Of a DNA stretch of 32,000 nt, positions 1-7,249 are shown in pieces. Numbering within the stretch: position 1 is the stretch's first letter; each line of letters starts with the position of its first letter. Below the pieces are notes generated by a model. It saw only the letters and a program-made list of their open reading frames with translations, searched no databases and was not told where the DNA came from. The DNA comes from Candidatus Nitrospira inopinata. GTDB lineage: Bacteria > Nitrospirota > Nitrospiria > Nitrospirales > Nitrospiraceae. Location of the stretch: the NCBI RefSeq assembly GCF_001458695.1, contig NZ_LN885086.1:1050001-1082000 (forward strand), read 5' to 3'. The translations under genes and the position numbers were made by a program.

Positions 1-674
1 AGGGCGCGATACAGCACGTGGGCCGTCATCATCGCGGCGATGCCCTGCGACGCGGCGTGCCGAAACGGGAGCAGTTCGAGTCGCTCCAATCGTTCGCGCG
101 AGGCCGTGACGACGGGCAATTCATGGTGCGAATCGGCCGCCGTGTCACCGTGGCCGGGAAAATGTTTGCCGCAGGCGATGACGCCGTTCTCTTGCAGGCC
201 CCTGACCGCGGCCCATCCCAACTCGCACACGAGTTCGGGGGTGGAGCCGAAGGCTCGGTCTCCGATCACGGGGTTTGCGGGGTTGCTGTTGACGTCTAAC
301 ACGGGCGCCATGTTCATGTTGATGCCGACGGCTCGCAGTTCGCGTGCCGTCGCTTCCGCCGCCGCGTAAGCCAACTGGGGAGACCGACATCGCCCCAGAA
401 TCTCGCAGGGAGGAAAAATGGTGAACTCCTTGGGGAGTCGAGACACCCGTCCTCCCTCCTGGTCGACGGCGATCAACAAGGGAGATTGCGGGCTGCATCG
501 CTGAAGCGCGTTGGTGAGTTCGACGATCTGTTCGGTCGATTGGAGATTTCTTGCGAACAAGATCACGCCGCCGGGCCGATACTCCTTGAGGAAAGCGGCG
601 AGGTCGGGAGAAAGATCCGTGCCGTCGAAGCCGATCATGAAAAGCTGCCCGATCGTATCGCGCGACATCAGCAT
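1..674 (-). CDS. nagZ: beta-N-acetylhexosaminidase, glycoside hydrolase family 3 (NagZ-like); N-terminal part only, gene continues past the left edge
   Basis: Not in the ORF track because no stop lies inside the window. My own reverse-strand translation from ATG (672-674) gives MLMSRDTIGQLFMIGFDGTDL...LIAVDQEGGRVSRL...GKHFPGHGDTAADSHHELP. This contains the GH3/NagZ QEGG and KHFPGHG..DSH motifs. An alternative ATG lies at 668. Confidence 0.8.
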   Translation of the reverse strand, partial: MLMSRDTIGQLFMIGFDGTDLSPDLAAFLKEYRPGGVILFARNLQSTEQIVELTNALQRCSPQSPLLIAVDQEGGRVSRLPKEFTIFPPCEILGRCRSPQLAYAAAEATARELRAVGINMNMAPVLDVNSNPANPVIGDRAFGSTPELVCELGWAAVRGLQENGVIACGKHFPGHGDTAADSHHELPVVTASRERLERLELLPFRHAASQGIAAMMTAHVLYRA

Positions 675-786
675 GGAATTCACCTCCGGATGCGGACACC
701 GCCCCCGCGGAGAAGTGAATCGTCCGCGTGGCTCGATTTCTCTTCGCCGATCGGCCAGCCAAAGGCTTGCGCTGGGCGAGCAGGCG

Positions 787-2298
787 TCACAGGGAACGGT
801 CCATGAGGTATTGGATCAGGAGTCTGGTGCCGATCCCCGTCGGTCCTTTGGGGACATAGGCCCGCTCGCGCTCGCTCCAATCGGTGCTGGCGATGTCGAG
901 ATGGACCCAGGGCCAGTCGCCAGCGAACTTGCTTAAGAACAGCGCTGCGGTGATCATGCCGGCTCCGCGGCCGCCGATGTTCCGCATGTCCGCCACGTCG
1001 CTCTTGAGTTGCTCGAAATAATCTTCCCACAACGGCATTTCCCAGACCCGTTCGCCCGATCGTTGTCCCGCTTTGCGTAGCGACTCCTTCAAGGTGTCGT
1101 CCGTGCCGAACATGCCGATGGCGAACTGGCCGAGCGCGATGACACAGGCGCCGGTCAGCGTGGCGACGTCGATCATCGCCGCCGGTTTGTAGCGAGCGGC
1201 GTAAGCCAGTCCGTCGGCCAGAATCAATCGACCCTCGGCGTCGGTGTTCTGGACTTCGACGGTTTTGCCGGACAATGTTTTCACGACGTCTCCCGGCTTC
1301 ATCGCGCCGCCGCCGGGCATGTTCTCCGTCGCCGGGAGCAGACCGACCAAATTCAGCGGCAGTTTGAGCCGCGCCGCCGCTCGAACGGCGGCCAGGACTT
1401 CGGCCCCGCCGGTCATGTCCGCCTTCATGTGTTCCATGTTCTCGGCCGGTTTGAGCGAAATCCCGCCCGTGTCAAACGTGATCGTTTTCCCGACCAGGAC
1501 GACGGGACGGTCGTTCTTTTTTCGAGCGCCGTGATACTCCAGGATGATGAATTTCGGGGGCTCGTGGCTGCCGCGGGCGACGCCCAGCAACGCCCCCATG
1601 CCGAGTTTGGCCATGTCCTTTCGTTCGAGGATTTTGAGCGACACGCCCGCCTCCTTCGCCACGGCCTTGGCTTCTTCGGCAATTTTGGTCGGTGTCATCA
1701 CGTTGGAGGGATGGTTGCACAGATCGCGGACAAAGACGGCCGCCTCCGCAGTGGCGACTCCGCGCCGGATGCCTTCCGACAACGGACGTACATCGGATGA
1801 TTGCGAGGTCAGCAGCGTCATCGACCGTATGTCCGGTCCGGGCGTCGGTTCGGAGCGATAGGCGGTGAATTGATACGCGCCCAGAATCGCGCCTTCCGTC
1901 ATGGCTTGGGCGACGTCGATCATGGTCGAGTCCGGCGGCGTTACGGCGGGAACCGCCGCCGTGAAAGAAGCGGCCTTGACTTGCCGAACCCGTTTGACGG
2001 CGTGACCCAGGGCTTGGCGGATGGTCTCAAGACCGAGAGCGTCCTTCTTGCCCAACCCCACGAGCAGCAGACGTTTGGCGGGAATTTTCCTGTGTGTATG
2101 GAGCAGGACGAGTTCCGCGGTTTTGCCCTCGAATTCCTTCGATCGAAGGAGGTCGGAGATCGATCCGCCCAGCGCTTTGTCAAGCGAAGCGGCCTCCTGT
2201 TCCGAAAGTTCAGAACCTTCGCACTGGAAAAGAACCAGCACGTCCGTTGCCTCAGAGGCCCACCGTCCTACCCGCACGTCCACTTTCATGACCTTCAT
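787..2298 (-). CDS. pepA: leucyl aminopeptidase (M17 family)
   Basis: ORF 787..2673 trimmed to the internal ATG at 2298 (MKVMKVDVRV...), giving 504 aa. The M17 signature NTDAEGRL is present, plus VGKTITFDTGGISLKP and the cytosol-aminopeptidase C-terminal domain. aGGAcGGAAG lies upstream of this ATG. Confidence 0.9.
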   Translation of the reverse strand: MKVMKVDVRVGRWASEATDVLVLFQCEGSELSEQEAASLDKALGGSISDLLRSKEFEGKTAELVLLHTHRKIPAKRLLLVGLGKKDALGLETIRQALGHAVKRVRQVKAASFTAAVPAVTPPDSTMIDVAQAMTEGAILGAYQFTAYRSEPTPGPDIRSMTLLTSQSSDVRPLSEGIRRGVATAEAAVFVRDLCNHPSNVMTPTKIAEEAKAVAKEAGVSLKILERKDMAKLGMGALLGVARGSHEPPKFIILEYHGARKKNDRPVVLVGKTITFDTGGISLKPAENMEHMKADMTGGAEVLAAVRAAARLKLPLNLVGLLPATENMPGGGAMKPGDVVKTLSGKTVEVQNTDAEGRLILADGLAYAARYKPAAMIDVATLTGACVIALGQFAIGMFGTDDTLKESLRKAGQRSGERVWEMPLWEDYFEQLKSDVADMRNIGGRGAGMITAALFLSKFAGDWPWVHLDIASTDWSERERAYVPKGPTGIGTRLLIQYLMDRSL

Positions 2299-2384
2299 AC
2301 TTCCGTCCTTTCTCTTGGCTGCTCGCCGTCGCGTGCATCTATCCATTCTTGGGGCGTCACGCGAGGCTGTTTCATGAAACGAAC

Positions 2385-3020
2385 TCAGACTCCCTTCATG
2401 TCCGGCGACCAAACGAACTTGTGCAACTGCAATTGATACCGCACCGGGAGGCGGTCGGCCAGCACCCACTCGGCCAATCGGCGGGGGTCCAGGACGCCGA
2501 AGACCGGGCTGAACAACACGACACACCGACGATTCAAATCGAACCGGGCCATGATGTCTTTCGCCCAGTCGTAATCGCGGCGATCCGCGATGACAAATTT
2601 GGCTTCGTCCTGCGCGCGCAACCGCTCGACGTTCGGCCAATACATCCGGTTCGTCATCCCGCTGCCGGGACATTTGACGTCGAGCACCACGCGCACCCGG
2701 TGATCGACCGGAGCCGTATCAACGGCGCCGCTGGTCTCCAGCAGAACGGTGAAACCCTCGTCACACAGCCTGGAGAGCAACGAGCCGCAGTCCGGCTGCG
2801 CCAGCGGTTCACCGCCGGTCACTTCCACGAGCGGACAGCCGTAGGCGCGGACTGTCTCGATGATCGAATCGATCGACCGTTCCGTGCCGCCGTAAAAGGC
2901 GTAGTCCGTATCGCACCAAGAACACCGAAGGGGACAGCCGGTGAGCCGCACGAACACACAGGGGAGCCCGGCAAACGTCGACTCTCCTTGAATGCTGTGA
3001 AAAATCTCTGTGACGCGCAT
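2385..3020 (-). CDS. queE: 7-carboxy-7-deazaguanine synthase (radical SAM, queuosine pathway)
   Basis: MRVTEIFHSIQGESTFAGLPCVFVRLTGCPLRCSWCDTDY shows the QueE N-terminal IQGEG/S motif and a CxxxCxxC radical-SAM cluster. It ends QLQLHKFVW, which is typical of QueE. The ORF opens at 3056, but the ATG at 3020 gives the canonical N-terminus. Confidence 0.85.
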   Translation of the reverse strand: MRVTEIFHSIQGESTFAGLPCVFVRLTGCPLRCSWCDTDYAFYGGTERSIDSIIETVRAYGCPLVEVTGGEPLAQPDCGSLLSRLCDEGFTVLLETSGAVDTAPVDHRVRVVLDVKCPGSGMTNRMYWPNVERLRAQDEAKFVIADRRDYDWAKDIMARFDLNRRCVVLFSPVFGVLDPRRLAEWVLADRLPVRYQLQLHKFVWSPDMKGV

Positions 3021-3121
3021 GGGCGAACACGTCTTCGCAGGGGGAGATTCAATCAACCGGTCTCTTTAGGGGCGGCGTTCACTTGCGCAGAGCCGCGCGG
3101 AACGAGACTTCATGACCGCGC

Positions 3122-3892
3122 CTATCGCCATTGCTGAATCGGCCACCGCTTCCGCTTGGCCGTGCGAGCCATTCCTCGGATCGGGTTGATGACCGTCGGA
3201 TGGCCGACCGCTTGCAGAAGCTCAAAATCACCCGGACTGTCGCCGTAGGCGTAACAACGGGACAGATCGAGCGAAAAGTCCCGCGCCAACTGCTCGATCA
3301 ATCGCCGTTTGCCCTGTCCGTAGGGCAGAGGGGGGACCAGACGGCCGGTATAGACGCCGTCGATTTGCTCCAATCGCCCCGCGAAACAACGTTCAGCTTG
3401 CAAGGCCGCCGCAATGGGGCCGATCAAAAAGTCGAGCGAACCGGTCAAGAGCACGATCGCATGCCCGGCTTTCCGATGCTCTTCAATCACCCGCGTTGCG
3501 GTGGGGGAGACGCGAGGGCAGAGTTGCTCGCGGCAGAACTCCTCGCCGAGATGGCGGATGACGCGCGACGGTTTTCCAGCCAGGTACAGTTTCCGCTCGC
3601 GCAAGGGATGCAGCGAAAGGGGAGGCAAGTGACGGATGAGCCAGGAGATGCTGGCGCGAACCTCCGGCCACCCCACTACGCCCCGTCTCCACAACCATCT
3701 GAAAAAACGGACTTCGCTGGCTTCTCCAGGAAGCACGGTATTGTCCACGTCGAAAAACGCCGCGACGCGACCGGTCAGTCGAGGCTCGATGCGGAACGCA
3801 CTGCTCGTGGTCGCCAGGCCCAAGAGATCCTCCACAAGACGATCTGTCCAGCAAAGAAAGGGCGGAGGGATTCTACCGGAGGGGCCCTTCAT
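3122..3892 (-). CDS. HAD-superfamily hydrolase, subfamily IB (SerB-like phosphatase fold)
   Basis: HAD motif I is FFDVDNTVL (DxDxT) and motif IV is YGDSPGDFELL. The start is uncertain: the ORF track opens at a TTG at 3925, the first ATG is at 3892, and neither has a good SD. Confidence 0.65.
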   Translation of the reverse strand: MKGPSGRIPPPFLCWTDRLVEDLLGLATTSSAFRIEPRLTGRVAAFFDVDNTVLPGEASEVRFFRWLWRRGVVGWPEVRASISWLIRHLPPLSLHPLRERKLYLAGKPSRVIRHLGEEFCREQLCPRVSPTATRVIEEHRKAGHAIVLLTGSLDFLIGPIAAALQAERCFAGRLEQIDGVYTGRLVPPLPYGQGKRRLIEQLARDFSLDLSRCYAYGDSPGDFELLQAVGHPTVINPIRGMARTAKRKRWPIQQWR

Positions 3893-3921
3893 TGACAAGA
3901 ATTTTGGTCTGCTTTTATAAT
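3892..3921 (+). promoter_or_regulatory. putative sigma70 promoter driving tRNA-Leu
   Basis: -35 TTGACA (3892-3897, perfect), 18-nt spacer, -10 TATAAT (3916-3921, perfect). It faces the tRNA about 115 nt downstream. No experimental support. Confidence 0.45.
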
Positions 3922-4040
3922 GCAACTCCCTCTATGACAAAGGCTCCCCGTTTCGAATTCTCTCCGGTAGGTGGCGGGACGTGATTTCCACGAAGAAACG
4001 TGTGGGCCTGAAACATGGATCCGATGGTTCATTCCTTGTT

Positions 4041-4124
4041 GCCGAAGTGGTGGAATGGCAGACACGCACGTTTGAGGGGCGTGTGGCGCAAGCCGTGCGG
4101 GTTCAAGTCCCGCCTTCGGCACCA
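4041..4124 (+). tRNA. tRNA-Leu, anticodon GAG, class II (long variable arm), CCA encoded
   Basis: Hand-folded. Acceptor stem GCCGAAG/CTTCGGC; D-stem GTG/CAC; anticodon stem CACGT/GCGTG with loop TTGAGGG (anticodon GAG, G37). Variable arm is about 13 nt. T-arm GCGGG-TTCAAGT-CCCGC, discriminator A, then CCA. Confidence 0.9.
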
Positions 4125-4376
4125 CGACCTTGACGCAAACTGAAAGGCCGGTCCAGCGATGGGACGGCCTCACTGGCCGCCTCGGTCTTATGCGTCGTTG
4201 CCATGTCCCGCTGCCGACAGAGTGAAGAGTTCCCCTTCATCGGGCCTGTATCATAAAGATACTTGGCGGTTCACCCCGGCGTTGCTTCAAGCGCCGAATG
4301 AAGTCAAGAGGGGTCACATTTTCGGGAAACTTGGAGAGCCAAAGGAGAGCGGTCAAGTCGCCGGAAGAAATCAGCC

Positions 4377-5060
4377 ATGCAGTCGAGCAAGCCCGACGCC
4401 ATCCGCGTTCTGCTCGTCGACGATCACGAGGTCGTTCGAGTAGGACTCCGACAACTGCTCAGCCGATATCCATCCATTCTGGTGGTAGGTGAATCGGCCA
4501 CAGCGGCCGACGCGATCCGGAAGGCGACAGATCTCAAGCCCAATATCATCTTAATGGACGTGCGTTTGGGGGATGAATCGGGCGTCGAGGCCTGCCGCGA
4601 CATTCTGGCCGCCGATTCGAACGCGCGGGTGATTTTTTTGACCTCGTTTGCCGAAGACGAGTCCGTTTTGGCGGCCGTGCTCGCTGGCGCTCAAGGGTAC
4701 GTTCTGAAGGACATCGATACGCCTTCCTTGCTGAATGCGATCCAAGCCGTTGCGGAAGGGCAGTCGATCCTCGATCCCGCCGTAGTGGAGCGGGCGATCC
4801 GATGGGTCCAACGATTCGCCTCCGGTCACCAGGTGAAGGGGGACAACACGCTCTCTGAACAGGAAGAACGAGTCTTGGCGCTGGTCGCTGAGGGCCGAAC
4901 GAACAAAGAAATTGCGGCCTCGTTGAACTTGAGCGACAAAACCGTCAGGAACTATCTGACCAACGTCTTTAAAAAACTTCGGATCACCCGTCGCGCCCAA
5001 GCCGCCGCCTTCTTCGTCAAGCGCGTCCCTCACGCGGGAAAACCGGCCCTACCGGAGTAG
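4377..5060 (+). CDS. two-component response regulator, NarL/FixJ (LuxR HTH) family
   Basis: Receiver domain (IRVLLVDDHEVVR...IILMDVRL...) followed by a C-terminal LuxR-type HTH (LSEQEERVLALVAEGRTNKEIAASLNLSDKTVRNYLTNVFKKL). Confidence 0.9.
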   Translation: MQSSKPDAIRVLLVDDHEVVRVGLRQLLSRYPSILVVGESATAADAIRKATDLKPNIILMDVRLGDESGVEACRDILAADSNARVIFLTSFAEDESVLAAVLAGAQGYVLKDIDTPSLLNAIQAVAEGQSILDPAVVERAIRWVQRFASGHQVKGDNTLSEQEERVLALVAEGRTNKEIAASLNLSDKTVRNYLTNVFKKLRITRRAQAAAFFVKRVPHAGKPALPE

Positions 5061-5206
5061 GGAAACAATTCATCGCCGGCGCTTCTGTTGCACTCTAGGA
5101 GTCGCTCCTCCGATCAGGTAACGTATTGTGCCGGCCTGAGATCGAGGAATGGTCGCTTTCTTCGTACGGGCCCTCGCGCGAGCCCGATGAGATGAGGTGT
5201 CGCCCT

Positions 5207-6403
5207 ATGGAGTGTGTTCCCGTGTTTCCCCTTGCCCTTGCCGATCAATTATCGGACGGAGTCATTGTGGCGACCGAGGAAAGTCTTCGGTACGTCAACC
5301 CGAGCGGTTTGCTGTTGCTGGGAGCCGAGCGGCTGGAACAGGTGACCGGCAAACCTCTGTCGATGTTTCTCGGTCCGGACATGATTTCCAAACTTCCACC
5401 ATGGGCGGAGCTTCGACGACGGGATGATCGGGGGGAGACAGAGGCGACAATGACGGGACACCTGTTCGGGCTCGACGGCCGTCGGGTGGCGATTCACCTT
5501 TCATCTCTTCCGATTCTCTGGGAGAGAGGCCCGGCGTGTCTGCTTGTCGTTCGGCAGGCCAGGGCCGATTGCAACGCCGTCGATCACATGCCGCTGACCG
5601 AAGCGCAGCAGGTGGCCTCGTCGAAAATTCGGACGGTCGGGATGTTGGCGGCCGGTATCATTCATGAGGCCAACAACACCCTGACGGCCGTTCTCGGCTA
5701 TGGTCAGCTTGCGCTGAGGCTCATTCCCGCGGACAACAAAGCGCACCGTCATGTTCAGCAGGTCATTGCCTCGGGTCGAAAATCGAGCGAGTTGATCCAA
5801 CAGATCCTGATGTTTGCCAGGCCGAGCCCTGAAACCAGGGGGCCGCTATCGCTCCACATTCTGGCGAACGAGTTTTTGGCGTTGCTGCGGTCCGCGATCC
5901 CGTCCTGGATCGTGGTGAAGGAGAAGATCGCCGACGTCACCAGTCCCATTGAGGCCGATCCGTCCCAGATGCGACTCCTGCTTGCCAACTTGATCGCCGA
6001 CGCCGTGCACGCGATGCGACACGCCGGCGGTGTTTTACACATCGAACTTCATGATGAAGACGTGTCGACCGATCAAGCCGCGTCGGCCGACGGTCTTCCC
6101 GCCGGTCGGTATGTGTGCCTGCGGGTCATGGATTCCGGTGGAGGGACGGACTCACAGGAGATGCGGCGCTCTGCGGTTCTCGGCATTGTTTCGGGCCATG
6201 GAGGGACGGTAATAGTCAATGGCAGCTTGGAGTCGGGCACGAGGGTGTCCGTCTTGTTCCCCGCCATGACCTCCCGTGCGATGCGAAAGGGAGAGAACCA
6301 GTTCACCCCCTCTCTTTCACAGGCTTCCGCGTATCGCGGCCAGGATTCTGGCTTTTCGGAACCGCTGATCGAGGAGTCAGATGCCGTCGGTCCTCGTGAT
6401 TGA
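5207..6403 (+). CDS. PAS-domain sensor histidine kinase with a degenerate ATP-binding domain
   Basis: PAS-like N-terminus and an H-box AAGIIHEANNTLTAVLGY (HxxNN family). The C-terminal HATPase-like region reads NLIADAVHAM...MDSGGG, but the F and G2 boxes are missing. The ORF opens at a TTG at 5126. The ATG at 5207 is preceded by GAGGTG; another ATG lies at 5192. Confidence 0.75.
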   Translation: MECVPVFPLALADQLSDGVIVATEESLRYVNPSGLLLLGAERLEQVTGKPLSMFLGPDMISKLPPWAELRRRDDRGETEATMTGHLFGLDGRRVAIHLSSLPILWERGPACLLVVRQARADCNAVDHMPLTEAQQVASSKIRTVGMLAAGIIHEANNTLTAVLGYGQLALRLIPADNKAHRHVQQVIASGRKSSELIQQILMFARPSPETRGPLSLHILANEFLALLRSAIPSWIVVKEKIADVTSPIEADPSQMRLLLANLIADAVHAMRHAGGVLHIELHDEDVSTDQAASADGLPAGRYVCLRVMDSGGGTDSQEMRRSAVLGIVSGHGGTVIVNGSLESGTRVSVLFPAMTSRAMRKGENQFTPSLSQASAYRGQDSGFSEPLIEESDAVGPRD

Positions 6404-6752
6404 TGACGACGATCAGATCCGGCGCATGATCCGCGAGGCCTTAGAACAGGCCGGGTACGTCGTTCAGGAGGCCCGCGGCGGCGAAGAGGGGCTCAAACGG
6501 TATCGGGCAAATCCGACCGACGTCGTCCTGATGGATATCCTCATGCCGGACCAAGACGGTTTGGAAAGCATTCTGGCTCTTCGCCAAGAGTTTCCCTCTG
6601 CCCGCGTGATCGCCATGACCGGCGGCAGCGACATGATCGGCATCATGAATTTTTTGGACGTCGCCAAGATGATGGGCGCATGCCGGACCATCCAGAAGCC
6701 GTTCGAACTGCAAACCCTGCTGGCCGCCGTCGCCGCCGAGACAAACGCCTAG
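6381..6752 (+). CDS. single-domain CheY-like response regulator
   Basis: VLVIDDDDQIRRMI...VVLMDILMPDQDGLE...IAMTG...QKPF is a stand-alone receiver. It overlaps the kinase 3' end by 23 nt, and GAGGAG lies upstream of the ATG. Confidence 0.85.
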   Translation: MPSVLVIDDDDQIRRMIREALEQAGYVVQEARGGEEGLKRYRANPTDVVLMDILMPDQDGLESILALRQEFPSARVIAMTGGSDMIGIMNFLDVAKMMGACRTIQKPFELQTLLAAVAAETNA

Positions 6753-6827
6753 CCTTCCGGTTTTGTTCCCATTGACAACGGAAAACCGAGCGGTCAGACT
6801 TCGCGCACGTTCCTCGAGGCCGGTGTC

Positions 6828-7247
6828 ATGCTGCTGAATCTGGTTCTGGGGACTCTTGTGACCACCGTGGGGTTTTGGATTATCTGGGGCGGCGCCTGGC
6901 CCGGGGTCGTCGCGGCGTGGGCGCTCGCGGCGGGAGGATTTCTGTGGTGGAAAGCCGAGTCCGTCACGGAGATCTGGGCGTGGTCGACGCTTGGTCTTGG
7001 TGTGGAAAGCGTGATCTGGCCCGTTCAGCGGATGGCGCAACTGAACGGCGCGGCGGAAACCTTGTCCGATGACGAGATGGGCGCGATACTTTCGGCCGTG
7101 GTTTTGGGACTGTTCTCCTCCGTGTTTTGGCTCTCGTTTGCCTATGGTCTGTTCAAGCGAGCGTGGGCGACTTCCACGAACGCCGTGGAACATGCACCGC
7201 CCGCGGTCTCTTCGGCGCAATCAGCCAAGCGCCGGAAATCCAAATAA
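6828..7247 (+). CDS. hypothetical small integral membrane protein (about 4 predicted TM segments, Trp-rich)
   Basis: 139-aa ORF with hydrophobic stretches (LVLGTLVTTVGFWIIWGG, VVAAWALAAGGFLWW, WAWSTLGLGVESVIW, ILSAVVLGLFSSVFWLSFAYGLF) and a basic C-terminal tail. GAGG lies 9 nt upstream. I recognise no family. Confidence 0.5.
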   Translation: MLLNLVLGTLVTTVGFWIIWGGAWPGVVAAWALAAGGFLWWKAESVTEIWAWSTLGLGVESVIWPVQRMAQLNGAAETLSDDEMGAILSAVVLGLFSSVFWLSFAYGLFKRAWATSTNAVEHAPPAVSSAQSAKRRKSK

Positions 7248-7249
7248 GC

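Noticed and set aside
18-1030. ORFs 18-299, 40-369, 145-762, 486-806, 511-936 and 680-1030 from the track.
   Set aside because: All overlap the manually translated NagZ-like frame or the pepA 3' end, and have nonsense-like composition. The NagZ frame, which is open to the window edge and so absent from the track, explains the region.
2299-2673. 125-aa N-terminal extension of the pepA ORF, which would overlap the queE 3' end.
   Set aside because: The extension has no similarity to M17 N-termini and is Arg/Pro-rich. The ATG at 2298 gives a canonical ~500-aa PepA with a purine-rich SD-like sequence upstream.
3021-3121. Possible preQ1 riboswitch upstream of queE.
   Set aside because: I read the minus-strand leader and could not find the preQ1-I or preQ1-II conserved core (a short hairpin followed by an A-rich tail pairing to the loop). 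Only a vague CCCCTAAAGAGA stretch is present. A covariance-model scan would be needed to revisit this.
4125-6800. Genomic island integrated at the tRNA-Leu 3' end.
   Set aside because: There is no integrase, no visible repeat of the tRNA 3' end downstream, and no compositional break. The adjacent genes are ordinary two-component signalling genes.
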